The position numbers and the translations under genes are program-made. 64,000 bases of DNA from Thainema sp. GTDB taxonomy: Bacteria > Cyanobacteriota > Cyanobacteriia > Phormidesmidales > Phormidesmidaceae. Shown here one piece after another: positions 41,215 through 50,900 of the stretch. The stretch spans positions 31,620 to 95,619 of the forward strand of contig JBQLZK010000021.1 in the NCBI GenBank assembly GCA_052168235.1, written 5' to 3'. Below the pieces are notes generated by a model. The model did no database searches. It saw only the letters and a program-made list of their open reading frames with translations, and was not told where the DNA came from. Position 1 is the stretch's first letter; each line of letters starts with the position of its first letter.

Positions 41215-41438
41215 GACTGCGTTTTATGAAATAAACCTGCGTAATCTCGTCGTTCTGTAAAACTCAGCGCTTGTAAAAGTTCCAGAACTTTCGAGAGTAT
41301 ACCGTAATGGGTATCCTTTATTGAATGTCTCTACCGCTATTTATGCACAGATTGCTGAACCATTGAATCGCAGGTCAAGGCTTTGGCACAGCATTCACTT
41401 GGGTTTACAAGCTTGCTTGGGCATTGCTGATTTTAGGA

Positions 41439-41481
41439 ATGAATTGGGATGTAGGAGCAGGGTCCCTCCATCCCAATTCAT
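41439..41481. repeat. Inverted repeat downstream of the porin gene
   Basis: ATGAATTGGGATG (41439-41451) / CATCCCAATTCAT (41469-41481), with imperfect outer arms. Confidence 0.6.
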
Positions 41482-41528
41482 CCCCAGATTAAGCAACCCC
41501 TGCTGATATTTGTACGGGTTTGCTGAAA

Positions 41529-43592
41529 TTAGAAGGTTAATGCGGTGCGCAATACGCCCACCACCGCCGTGTCGTTACCGCTGTAGCCTTCGGGGTTAAA
41601 GACGGCAAATATACCCGGCGTTAGGGTGATGTTATCCGATACGCGGAAACTAATATATCCTTCCAAGTGATAAGGTTCAGCATTCTCTGGATTAAACGCA
41701 ACACCGCCGATGCTGTCCCGATGGAGAGGTTGCCCAAACAGAATGCCAGCACTATTGCCTTCATCGAAAATGTCTTGCAGATGCAATCCGACCATCCAAT
41801 TGATAAAGTTGGTACTCGCATCAACATCGACCAAATCAGCAAAAATATAAGCGCCCGAGGCTACAAACGAGACGTCATCTAAAAAGCGCCAGTTGAGCGT
41901 CGCGCCCAGCGAGTTGAGCTGAATCCCTTCATTCGCGATCGCTAAGACGGGATTTCCTCCCACCGCTGCGAGTTGGGCGGCATTGGGATCGAACAAGATG
42001 GAACCGATGTCAGAACTGCTTAGGCCCGTACCCAGAATATTGATCTGGTGATAGCTATGGGCGTAGTTCAGGCCAAATTGCAGACGATCGGATGGCGTGA
42101 GGGTTAGCTGGGCGGTGGCTACATAGCTCCCACCAAATAAGCCTGCACCCAATGGTGTGCCACCCGTCAGCCCTTGGTTACTGGTAAGGGGTGCATTGAC
42201 ACTGCCATAGAGTGCCGTCAGATTGACTGAATCGGCAATATTCCAGATAAATCCGCCCGCAGAGGCCAGTCCCGTTCCGGATGTGCCGCCCGATACGCGA
42301 ACTGCTGCATTGTAGGGGGCAAAGCGGGAAAGCGCGCCCTGTGTGTCATTGGCAAAGGGGCTAACTGCGGGAAAGGCGTCCGTTACTTCAGCATTTGTCC
42401 CAACAAAAAACGTGACATCATCCAAGAAGCTGGGAAAGACATAAAGCAGCTTGTACAGACGCAGATCGTTAGGGTTGAGGGGAGTCAGGGTCTGAGGATT
42501 GGTGCCTGGAAACTGCGGCTCGAACCCAAGGCGGACTGTACTTGCGTTCAGCGAGAGCGGATCGGAATAGCCCAGCGTGCCCTGGATGCTATTGGGATCC
42601 CCGAGGAAATTGTAAGCCTGTAAGCCCGTAATTAGCAGATCCTGTCCGGTGAAGCTAGTTGTCAAATTCAAACGCAACCGATAGTTCAGTCCAACCTGAG
42701 TATCATTGCCGGGTGTGCCGCCAGTGTTGCTGAGAATTCCAGGTGTGGCCTCAGGTTCTCCGGCACCGGGATAGGCTCCCGTTGCGCCAGCCAGCCCCAA
42801 GATGAGTTGTCCACTCAATTGAGTGGTGGTTGAGAATTGATTCGCTTCAACTTCAGCAACTCGCGTTTCCAGTGCATCTACCCGTCCCCGTATGGTCGCT
42901 AGTTCCGCCGTGAATTGCTCTTGTAGTGCCCGAATAGTATCGAGGTCTGTGTCTGTAACTCCACCCGTACCCGTAATTTCGAGAATCCGATCTAAACAAG
43001 CATTGAGACCTGCCGCAAACTCATACCGAGTTAAGCTACGATCGCCCCGATAGGTTCCGTCTGGGTATCCGGCAATGCAGCCATAACGCTCGACCAGGGA
43101 TTGCAAGGCTTGAAAGGCCCAATCCGTAGGCTGAACATCTGAAAGCTGGGAGACTGACGTGACCTGCGCCATTGGGTCAGTCGGAGAACTCTCCATCGCG
43201 ATGGCTTGGGGTTCTGTTGATCCAGAGGGCTGAGGAATTGCCCAATCAATCCTTTCTGGCAATGCTGGTAATTCCGCAATCTGTGGCTGAGAAATGGAAT
43301 CCGGTTGTGGCCGAGCTTCAGACGGTAATGCCGCTTTTTCGCCCCCTTCTCTGATGCTGATCTGGTCGTTTAGGGCATTGAGATTGGCATTCGAATTAAG
43401 GTGTTGTTCGAATAAGCTATCTGCTGTAGTTGTCGGTAACGCATCTAGACTCGCATGAGTCGGAATTAGCTCTTCTCGATAAGCTATCTGGGTGTCTTTA
43501 GCGAGGGCTTCATTTGCCCATACAACATTTAGTAACGAATATGCGATCGCAATTTGCCAGCGACAGAATCGTAAATCCTTGAACACAGTCAA
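41529..43592 (-). CDS. Cyanobacterial SLH-domain/OprB-type outer membrane porin (iron uptake porin family)
   Basis: QVTSVSQLSDVQPTDWAFQALQSLVERYGCIAGYPD SLH, coiled coil, NQFSTTT, C-terminal Phe. Confidence 0.93.
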   Translation of the reverse strand: MTVFKDLRFCRWQIAIAYSLLNVVWANEALAKDTQIAYREELIPTHASLDALPTTTADSLFEQHLNSNANLNALNDQISIREGGEKAALPSEARPQPDSISQPQIAELPALPERIDWAIPQPSGSTEPQAIAMESSPTDPMAQVTSVSQLSDVQPTDWAFQALQSLVERYGCIAGYPDGTYRGDRSLTRYEFAAGLNACLDRILEITGTGGVTDTDLDTIRALQEQFTAELATIRGRVDALETRVAEVEANQFSTTTQLSGQLILGLAGATGAYPGAGEPEATPGILSNTGGTPGNDTQVGLNYRLRLNLTTSFTGQDLLITGLQAYNFLGDPNSIQGTLGYSDPLSLNASTVRLGFEPQFPGTNPQTLTPLNPNDLRLYKLLYVFPSFLDDVTFFVGTNAEVTDAFPAVSPFANDTQGALSRFAPYNAAVRVSGGTSGTGLASAGGFIWNIADSVNLTALYGSVNAPLTSNQGLTGGTPLGAGLFGGSYVATAQLTLTPSDRLQFGLNYAHSYHQINILGTGLSSSDIGSILFDPNAAQLAAVGGNPVLAIANEGIQLNSLGATLNWRFLDDVSFVASGAYIFADLVDVDASTNFINWMVGLHLQDIFDEGNSAGILFGQPLHRDSIGGVAFNPENAEPYHLEGYISFRVSDNITLTPGIFAVFNPEGYSGNDTAVVGVLRTALTF

Positions 43593-44060
43593 TCCTCACA
43601 CAACAGCAGTAAATTTGGAACACAACTGATCTGGGACACAACTGTTGATACAGCCGTGTATCCAGACCAATTCAATACAGAGCTCTACGACACTTTCATG
43701 ACACACGAGCACAAAAAACACGACAGGATTTGCTCCCACTTCAAGTCATAAAGTGGAACAGTTTGCTGTAATTTGTGCCGGGTAATAGTTGATGTCTAGG
43801 TTGACAATTCACTGCCCAAGACGTGCCTGAATTGTCAGACTAGCTAATGTCGATTAGGCAATCGGCTGCCTCTTGTTTGATTAGCTATCTTTAGCTAACT
43901 TCTCTCTGTTGAAGCTGATGCTATCATGCAGTCTTATAAGTTCATTTTTAGATTGTTAAATCCAATGATTTGTTTTTGTGATTTATAAATTTATTTCGTG
44001 GATATGAATAGATTGAGGTTTTGTGTGTTGTTCAGCGTTTAGAGGTGAGGGGCTGTAGAG

Positions 44061-44220
44061 GCTGTAAAGGAGTTAGCCGTTAATGAAATCGGTAGGGGCG
44101 AATGGTAATTCGCCCATTAGATAGCTGTAGGGGAGTTAGGCCGTTAATGAAATCGGTAGGGGCGAATGGCATTCGCCCTAGTGTCATGTGTTCGGTAGGG
44201 GGGGAATGCCATCGCTCTAA
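44061..44220. repeat. Cluster of GTAG-type REP-like hairpins in ~63-bp direct repeats
   Basis: Two near-identical units (44061-44115 and 44124-44178), each ending GTAGGGGCGAATGG(T)(A/C)ATTCGCCC, plus a degenerate third unit. Confidence 0.75.
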
Positions 44221-44685
44221 TGGTTTTGTACGAATGGCGTTCCCGTTAGATAGCGCAGGGGCAGGTGCAGAGCAAAACTGTAGCGAATGTATCAATCTTT
44301 AGTTTTAATAAAGATCTACGTTTTTGGCAGAGAACGCGGTAGATATAGAACATACAGATGAGTACACACCTTCCTAATGGTTCAGTGAGTCTACGCATAG
44401 TCTGTTTGGGTGCGGTAACTAGATCGCAACCTGAAACGAGCCTAGATAACAAGCTTAGACTGTCTGTAGATATTGCTGGATGATAATCCCTGACTTCGGT
44501 TAGGGATATTTTTTGTGTCGATGCAGCGGTACTAGAGTGGTCTACTTTAGCCTAGCGCTGTCTCGAGTCTGTCTCAGATTTAGTAACGGAACTCTGACAT
44601 CCTGAATGAGTCGATAGAGTTGGGATAGTTAAACGCTGGAGTTGATTGTGAATCAGTTGGACTCCTATTAAGGTTTGGGTTATCT

Positions 44686-46392
44686 ATGACTCTTCGTAAT
44701 TCTCTGCATCACATTTTGGGTTCCTACCGCTCATCGCAACGCTTAGCCTCAACGCTACTGCTGGGCGGCTTTTTAACATTGAGTGTGGGTGAACAGGCTG
44801 GTTTTGCGGCTGTGCGATCGCACTTAACAGATACAGCGACACGGCCTGAGCTGATTGCTAAAGGGCGAGGCTTTCCCATGTCACAGCGCAATCGCATGAT
44901 TCCAGCCAGCCTAGAAGCACAAATTAAAGCTCGAATCCGGGCAGAATACGACATCAATCCGTCGCGGCTGCGGGTCAGTGAAGCCGAGCGCGAAACCTGG
45001 TCAGATAGTTGCTTAGGCTTAGGCGGTCCGGCTGAAATCTGCGCCTTTGTCATGACGCCAGGGTGGCGGGTGACGATGACCGCTGGGGACAGTACATGGA
45101 TTTATCGCACCGATGAGTCCGGTAATTCAATCCGGCTGGAATCAACCACGTTTAATGAGACCCCCAATAATTCGGATCGTCCGAATGGTCGTTTGCCGAA
45201 TCAGGTTGAGCGGCGAGTCTATGAGTATGTCGCTCAGGAAGCGGGTACTTCGCGCCTACGCATCACCAATTCCAGTGCGGAAGAGTGGCCGGACATGTGT
45301 TTGGGCGTTCCCAATCCGGTTGAACTCTGTGCTCCAGCGGTTACTCCCGGTTGGCGCGTAACTGTGACCGATGGGGATGAAGAGTGGACGGTACGCACCA
45401 ATGCCAACGCAACTGAAATTCGCCTAGAGCCGGAAGTCGTCAATTCTGGCTTACCGGATAGCATCCGCGATCGCATTTTCGAGCGAGTTTATTCTGAGAA
45501 TGATGTAATCGCTGTCCAAGTGTTTGATGCTAGTCAGGAAACCTGGAGCGATAGCTGTTTAGGCTTGGGGCAACCTTATGAAGGCTGTTTACAGGCACTG
45601 GTTCCGGGTTGGCGAGTTGAAGTTACCGATGGCCAACGCACGTGGATTTATCGGACAGATGAAACAGGTGACAGTATCCGCTTGGAAGAGCAAACTGCCA
45701 CAAGTCAGCTCCCAGAAATGGTTGAGACGCGGGTGCTGGAAGCTGCCGCTGCCGAAACGGGTCAGCCAGCCAGCCAGTTCACCATCACCGACTTCACCTC
45801 TCGGACGTGGGACGGCTGTATGGGAGTGGCTAGCCCAATGACGGCCTGTACGATGATCGCGATTTCAGGCTGGCAGGTCGTCATCACCGATCAGACTCAA
45901 ACGTGGATATACCATACCAATTTTGATGGAACTGACATTCGGCTAAATGACATCGTTGGTGTTGAACAAGCCGATGTCACGATTCAAATCATGCCCGATG
46001 CCTCTCTCCCGCAACCGATTGAAGAAGAAATCTTTCGAGTCAGCATGAGCGGTGGCTTTGCCGGTATGGATACCGCAACCGTTCTACTCGCAAATGGTCG
46101 CGTTATTCAGTACGCTGCTGGCCCCAACCAGCCTGAAACCCGTACTGTCTTGACTCAGGTTTCGCCCGCTGCGATCGCACAATTTCAGGATATCGTCGCG
46201 TCCCACCAGCTCAATCGCTTTCATCGTCTGAACTACCAGCCAACTCACAGCGTTGCAGATACGTTCACGGTGACGGTTTCCACCGCAATGGGTGGCGTGA
46301 CCCAATACGATGATTCTATTGCTGGCCAACTGCCCGACGATTTGCAGGCCATTATGCAGGCTTGGCAGAATTTGACGACAGCAACACGCTAA
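44686..46392 (+). CDS. Secreted hypothetical protein with four W-x-D-x-C-x-G...C...GW repeats and a C-terminal SGGFAG domain
   Basis: N-terminal hydrophobic segment; four ~80-90-aa repeats visible in the translation. Confidence 0.8.
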   Translation: MTLRNSLHHILGSYRSSQRLASTLLLGGFLTLSVGEQAGFAAVRSHLTDTATRPELIAKGRGFPMSQRNRMIPASLEAQIKARIRAEYDINPSRLRVSEAERETWSDSCLGLGGPAEICAFVMTPGWRVTMTAGDSTWIYRTDESGNSIRLESTTFNETPNNSDRPNGRLPNQVERRVYEYVAQEAGTSRLRITNSSAEEWPDMCLGVPNPVELCAPAVTPGWRVTVTDGDEEWTVRTNANATEIRLEPEVVNSGLPDSIRDRIFERVYSENDVIAVQVFDASQETWSDSCLGLGQPYEGCLQALVPGWRVEVTDGQRTWIYRTDETGDSIRLEEQTATSQLPEMVETRVLEAAAAETGQPASQFTITDFTSRTWDGCMGVASPMTACTMIAISGWQVVITDQTQTWIYHTNFDGTDIRLNDIVGVEQADVTIQIMPDASLPQPIEEEIFRVSMSGGFAGMDTATVLLANGRVIQYAAGPNQPETRTVLTQVSPAAIAQFQDIVASHQLNRFHRLNYQPTHSVADTFTVTVSTAMGGVTQYDDSIAGQLPDDLQAIMQAWQNLTTATR

Positions 46393-46418
46393 TTCTCCTT
46401 GCTAGTGATGCCGATTTA

Positions 46419-46461
46419 ACGCCACAAGCTGGAGGGTTCTGAACCCTCCAGCTTGTGGCGT
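46419..46461. terminator. Perfect inverted repeat, 21-bp arms
   Basis: ACGCCACAAGCTGGAGGGTTC-T-GAACCCTCCAGCTTGTGGCGT between convergent genes. Confidence 0.75.
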
Positions 46462-46483
46462 ATTTGGTTGATATTGGATTAAG

Positions 46484-46546
46484 AAGCCAATCTATTGTTT
46501 GTGAAAGGCTGGCTTTGCCAGCCTTTCACAAACAATAGATTGGCTT
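46484..46546. repeat. Perfect inverted repeat, 30-bp arms, 3-nt loop
   Basis: AAGCCAATCTATTGTTTGTGAAAGGCTGGC-TTT-GCCAGCCTTTCACAAACAATAGATTGGCTT. Confidence 0.9.
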
Positions 46547-46560
46547 TTAGCCAGACTTAT

Positions 46561-47331
46561 TTATGCTGCGATCGCACGTAGCTGATTCGCCAACCAGTCT
46601 GCTGCTTCCAAGGGAATGAGATGACCCACTTGCTGAGTTGTAATCAGATCGGCATCAGGTAGGATATCCAGCACATCGCTTTGAATCGTGTCAAACGGAA
46701 TCACCGGGTCATCTTCAGAGGCAATCACGGTCAAGGGTACAGAAATCTGTGCCACCTGATCGGCAATGGAATGATTCATGCCGTCTAGCAGCCACCAGCG
46801 CCAAGCGGAGTTGTCTACCGTCACGTGGGTTTGGATTGCGAGTTCATGCTGATCAGAGCGAAGAGACTGCTGGGTTGCATTCGTAACCGTTGTTTTGGCG
46901 TTGTCTCGGCTGGGGTGATTGTTCAGTAATCGCTCCTTTTCTTCGGCAGGCATCGGTTCCTGTGTCGGAGGTGAGGGGGCAACGAGGATGATTTGGGAGG
47001 GTGTGCGATCGCAACTTGCTGCAATTTGCAGTGCAATCTTGCCGCCCATTGAATGGCCTATAAGAATGTAGTCTTCAATCTCCAGCCGAGCCAGTTCCTG
47101 GCAAACATCATCGGCATATGCTTGGAGGGACGGTTGATCGAGTGCAGCTCGACCACCAAATCCCGGCAGGTGAATGGCAACACAGCGATAGTCCAGTAGC
47201 TGTTCGGCTACCCACTGCCAGCTCGTGGCTGCTCCACCAAAATAGTGCAGGAACACCAGCGTTTTAGGAGTGCTGTCTTGTTTGTTATTCGTCCATTCGA
47301 CGGTGGATGAAGTTTGAACGCCAGTTGTCAT
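46561..47331 (-). CDS. Alpha/beta fold hydrolase
   Basis: LVFLHYFGG, LPGFG, GHSMGG nucleophile elbow, D and GH catalytic residues. Confidence 0.9.
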   Translation of the reverse strand: MTTGVQTSSTVEWTNNKQDSTPKTLVFLHYFGGAATSWQWVAEQLLDYRCVAIHLPGFGGRAALDQPSLQAYADDVCQELARLEIEDYILIGHSMGGKIALQIAASCDRTPSQIILVAPSPPTQEPMPAEEKERLLNNHPSRDNAKTTVTNATQQSLRSDQHELAIQTHVTVDNSAWRWWLLDGMNHSIADQVAQISVPLTVIASEDDPVIPFDTIQSDVLDILPDADLITTQQVGHLIPLEAADWLANQLRAIAA

Positions 47332-47379
47332 ATTTTCCTTAACGTGCGGTAGTGATAGGAAGTCCGCTTAAAACCCGAT

Positions 47380-47432
47380 AATTTATTTTTGATGGACGCT
47401 TGGCTAGGCCAAGCGTCCATCAAAAATAAATT
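47380..47432. repeat. Perfect inverted repeat, 25-bp arms, 3-nt loop
   Basis: AATTTATTTTTGATGGACGCTTGGC-TAG-GCCAAGCGTCCATCAAAAATAAATT. Confidence 0.9.
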
Positions 47433-47556
47433 GGGTTCTGATACAGGGACTTGAGGTGAATCACGAAAAGTGCGATCGCAACTCGATTTTTTCTCTTCCG
47501 CATCATAAAAGGACTACTGGAATCTAAGGCTCTGCCGAAAGTAAGGACAGTCGCTG

Positions 47557-48621
47557 CTACCACTTATCCGCTGATTGCTGAGCCAGAAATCGCTTCATCT
47601 CTCGCATGGTCTGGTAAATCTCCGGCAGCTTTGTGTAGGCAATGATCACTCTGCGCCACATTTTATTGGGCATGGCGGGCGCACCGGACACAATCGACTT
47701 CGCTTCGGTAATGTCCTTATGTAAACCCGATTGAGCCGTGATCATCACCCCATCGGCGACCGTCACATCGTTACTGACCCCAACCTGTCCGCCAATGAAG
47801 ACGCCATTACCGATGGTGACACGACCGGATAAACCCACCAGGGACGACATGGCGCAGCTTTGGCCAACTTTGCAACCGTGACCAATCTGCACCAGATTAT
47901 CCAGCTTAGTATTCCGACCAATCCGGGTTTCGCCGACCGCAGGCCGATCAATCGTTGTATTGCAGCCGATTTCTACGTTGTCTTCCAGCACCACATAGCC
48001 CGACTGATGCATCTTGACCAGTCCCTGAGGCGAGGGCACAAAGCCGAACCCTTCGGAGCCGACGACTGCGCCCGCATGAATTACGCAGTCTGCCCCGATT
48101 TGGCTGCGTTCTTGAATCACGCAGTTGGCGTGGAGCACAGTGCGATCGCCAATGGTGGCATCGGGATACACCGTCACATTGGGATGAATACACACGCTAT
48201 CACCAATCACGGCTCTGGGCTGAATCACAGAGTGAGGGCCAATGTAAACGTTCTTGCCAACAGTCGCTGTGGGATGAATGACTGCGGAAGGATGAATTTC
48301 TGGCTCTGGCTGATAGGGCTGATAGAAGCAGGCAATGGTGTGAGCAAACATCAAACGCGGATCGGCGACCGTCAGCCAAGCGATACCGCGTTCAGTGGCC
48401 TGGGTTAATAACGCTTCATTTTGGGGCAGAATAAGAGCGCTCGCTGTGGTTGTCCCCACACATTTGGCGTATTTCTCCCCTTCGATATAGCTGATGGTGC
48501 CCGCTGCGGCCTCACTGACTGCTGCCACACCCTGAAGTTCAGGATCGAGATTGGCATCCTGTGCAAGGCTGCTGTGCTGCACGTCAACGCCGAGAGATTG
48601 AACCAGTTCGCTAAATTTCAT
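47557..48621 (-). CDS. lpxD: UDP-3-O-(3-hydroxyacyl)glucosamine N-acyltransferase
   Basis: Hexapeptide repeats, GSEGFGF, VEIGCNTTIDR, KLDNLVQIGH. Confidence 0.95.
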   Translation of the reverse strand: MKFSELVQSLGVDVQHSSLAQDANLDPELQGVAAVSEAAAGTISYIEGEKYAKCVGTTTASALILPQNEALLTQATERGIAWLTVADPRLMFAHTIACFYQPYQPEPEIHPSAVIHPTATVGKNVYIGPHSVIQPRAVIGDSVCIHPNVTVYPDATIGDRTVLHANCVIQERSQIGADCVIHAGAVVGSEGFGFVPSPQGLVKMHQSGYVVLEDNVEIGCNTTIDRPAVGETRIGRNTKLDNLVQIGHGCKVGQSCAMSSLVGLSGRVTIGNGVFIGGQVGVSNDVTVADGVMITAQSGLHKDITEAKSIVSGAPAMPNKMWRRVIIAYTKLPEIYQTMREMKRFLAQQSADKW

Positions 48622-48922
48622 CCTGTCTGCATATCTGCAATTTGACAGACATCAGCATAGCCCATTGGGCCTGCCGTAGTGATTAGGTGATGATTTTTTG
48701 TTGTATAAGCCTTACCCGAATAATGAACATCTACAACAGCCTTTATAGTCTCAAACCCCTCTACCCCCCTTCACTCTTCACTCCTCTCGCCTCACGTTCT
48801 AGGGCAAACAGGTCAATCATAAGTAAAGCTGATTTTTTAAAAACGATATTTGTGTCACACCTTATATTACGGGCTGTTAATATTGAAGTTACATTTCGAA
48901 ACGCCAAGTTTGGTAAAGCGCC

Positions 48923-49738
48923 ATGATCTTCGCTCCGGCATCTGATTACGAACAACATTACGCCCTTTCTCAGCGAATGAAGTGGGTTCTACAACCGGGA
49001 ACAGTAGTATTCTGTGACTTCGATGGCCCAATTGTGGACGTTTCAGAGCGCTACTACCAGACCTATCGGCTCAGCTTAGCTGAAACATTTGCTCAGTATT
49101 TGACTAGGGGTGAACGGCTCCATCTGTCGCTGCTGACAAAAGAACGGTTTTGGCAACTGAAGTGCGATCGCACACCGGATATTGAAATTGCAGCTCAGTC
49201 CGGTCTACAGGGGGAGCAAATTGACCTGTTTTTGCAGCAGGTACAGCAAATCGTCAATCGGCCTGCACTACTGCATCAGGATGAAATCCAACCAGGCGTA
49301 CGCTGGGCACTGTCTCATCTCTGCAATCGCGGTATTCAGGTCGTGCTGGTAACGCTACGTCAGCAGCAGCAGGTGGAATCCATCGTTCACGCTGCCGGGC
49401 TGGCCCCTGCATTCAGCGGTATCTTTGGAGCACAGGATGATCAGGCGGCCTATCAGAATCATGCTGATCATAAAACAGCGCTTTTGGAAGATGCGATCGC
49501 ACATGCCCAGCGTCAGGGTTGGCGTCCGGGCTGGATGATTGGCGATACGGAAGCAGATGTGCTGGCCGGACAAGCATTGAACATTCCAACGGTTTCGCTC
49601 ACCTGCGGCATCCGCAGTCGCCTGTATTTGGAGCAGTTCCAGCCAGATTTAATTCATCAGAATTTGCTATCTGCCGTTCACTATCTGCTGGGCTATCGAA
49701 TTCGAACTGCGATGCCTGCACTGTCTTACGCTGGTTAG
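48923..49738 (+). CDS. HAD family hydrolase
   Basis: FCDFDGPIVDVSERYY (motif I), VTLR, K, MIGDTEAD. Confidence 0.88.
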   Translation: MIFAPASDYEQHYALSQRMKWVLQPGTVVFCDFDGPIVDVSERYYQTYRLSLAETFAQYLTRGERLHLSLLTKERFWQLKCDRTPDIEIAAQSGLQGEQIDLFLQQVQQIVNRPALLHQDEIQPGVRWALSHLCNRGIQVVLVTLRQQQQVESIVHAAGLAPAFSGIFGAQDDQAAYQNHADHKTALLEDAIAHAQRQGWRPGWMIGDTEADVLAGQALNIPTVSLTCGIRSRLYLEQFQPDLIHQNLLSAVHYLLGYRIRTAMPALSYAG

Positions 49739-49745
49739 TCGTGTG

Positions 49746-49802
49746 ATTCAATATTTTTTGTTGGGTCAAGGCTCAGCCTTGACCCAACAAAAAATATTGA
49801 AT
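49746..49802. terminator. Perfect inverted repeat, 28-bp arms, between convergent genes
   Basis: ATTCAATATTTTTTGTTGGGTCAAGGCT-C-AGCCTTGACCCAACAAAAAATATTGAAT. Confidence 0.8.
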
Positions 49803-49805
49803 TAG

Positions 49806-50519
49806 TTAGAAGCTGTGAAAAGTTTCAAAGCGAATCTGCTGGGGACAGGCACCAAGTGCGATCGCACAATGCTGTAGTTCAATCGTGCGCCGATTAACTG
49901 CACAGATATCAATATCAAACTGTGCCAAATCAAGTTCGGCTTGCGTCAGCACGTCTTCCGGTGTTTGCTGAAAAATGGGTACATACTGAAACTGTGGCCA
50001 GATTTGGCTGAGAGCCTGTAGCTCATCCCAATAGGGAAGCTGATCGGTCGTTTCCGGATTCGCTTGAATCAGCCAGACCGGATGAAAGAATTTCGTTTCG
50101 TAGAGCCAGTCAAGCTGACTTTTAATCGGAGCGATCCCAGATCCTTCTGCCAAATACAGTCGAGGGCGAAGGGGCGGTCGATCCAGCGTCAACAGACCGT
50201 AGGGGCCACGCGCTGCAATCGTGCCGCCCACGGGAATGTCTTGCAGATAAGCCGAACTCCAGCCCACCCGCGAGACGCAAAGTTCTACCTCGGGGCAGTT
50301 CGAGGGCGACGATGACATGGAATAAATTTTGCTGAACTGGCGACCCTCGCGCTCAAATTTGGGCCAAATCGCCTGTCCTGGCAGAAACGAAAAATCAGGC
50401 TGATCCAACCGCAGGCGAATCGCCTTAATCGTCGGCGTCAGCCAGCGAGATTCTAGCACCGTCGCGATGCAATCCATTGGCATCGTCGGGCGCAGCGTTT
50501 GAATAATTTCCATCATCAC
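49806..50519 (-). CDS. FAD/NAD(P)-binding oxidoreductase (ferredoxin-NADP reductase-like)
   Basis: F.PGQ, K-I-Y-S-M-S-S (RxYS-like), GWSSAYL, GPYG, A-EGSGIAP, C-terminal FETF. Confidence 0.85.
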   Translation of the reverse strand: MMMEIIQTLRPTMPMDCIATVLESRWLTPTIKAIRLRLDQPDFSFLPGQAIWPKFEREGRQFSKIYSMSSSPSNCPEVELCVSRVGWSSAYLQDIPVGGTIAARGPYGLLTLDRPPLRPRLYLAEGSGIAPIKSQLDWLYETKFFHPVWLIQANPETTDQLPYWDELQALSQIWPQFQYVPIFQQTPEDVLTQAELDLAQFDIDICAVNRRTIELQHCAIALGACPQQIRFETFHSF

Positions 50520-50557
50520 CTTTACCTGTGCATCGCAGGATGTAAGTGGCTAAGCAA

Positions 50558-50760
50558 TCGGCAGGCATTCTGACTCCAGAAGGTTTTGAGTTTGTAGCGA
50601 CTTGTTTTGTACGTTCTATACACGAAACAAGTCGCTCTCCATTTCTGTCACAGCTGCGGCACAGCGCCGGATTTGCACCGGACTTTCCCTAGATAGCTTT
50701 TACGTTGATCCACATCGAGATCAAGCTGTCTGATTTGGGCTGATCCCCCAAATCACCGAG
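50558..50760 (-). ncRNA. Cobalamin (B12) riboswitch
   Basis: Minus strand reads CGGT...AGGGAAAGTCCGGTGCAAATCCGGCGCTGTGCCGCAGCTGTGA...GAGTCAGAATGCCTGCCGA (core plus B12 box), about 40 nt upstream of the oxidoreductase start. Confidence 0.9.
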
Positions 50761-50900
50761 TAGCGCTTGGCTATTGTAGCGTGGCAGACACCGAATTAAG
50801 GCACAAGATGTAGGAATTTCTGCCATTTCATTACCCAAGGTTCGTTACACTGCGAATGGATATGGTTATCGCTCTGTTACTATTTCTGTTCACCTGCGGC

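Noticed and set aside
44061..44220. Mini CRISPR array or small ORFs at 44080-44452
   Set aside because: Whole units are duplicated without unique spacers, which fits REP-like repeats; the ORFs are repeat-derived.
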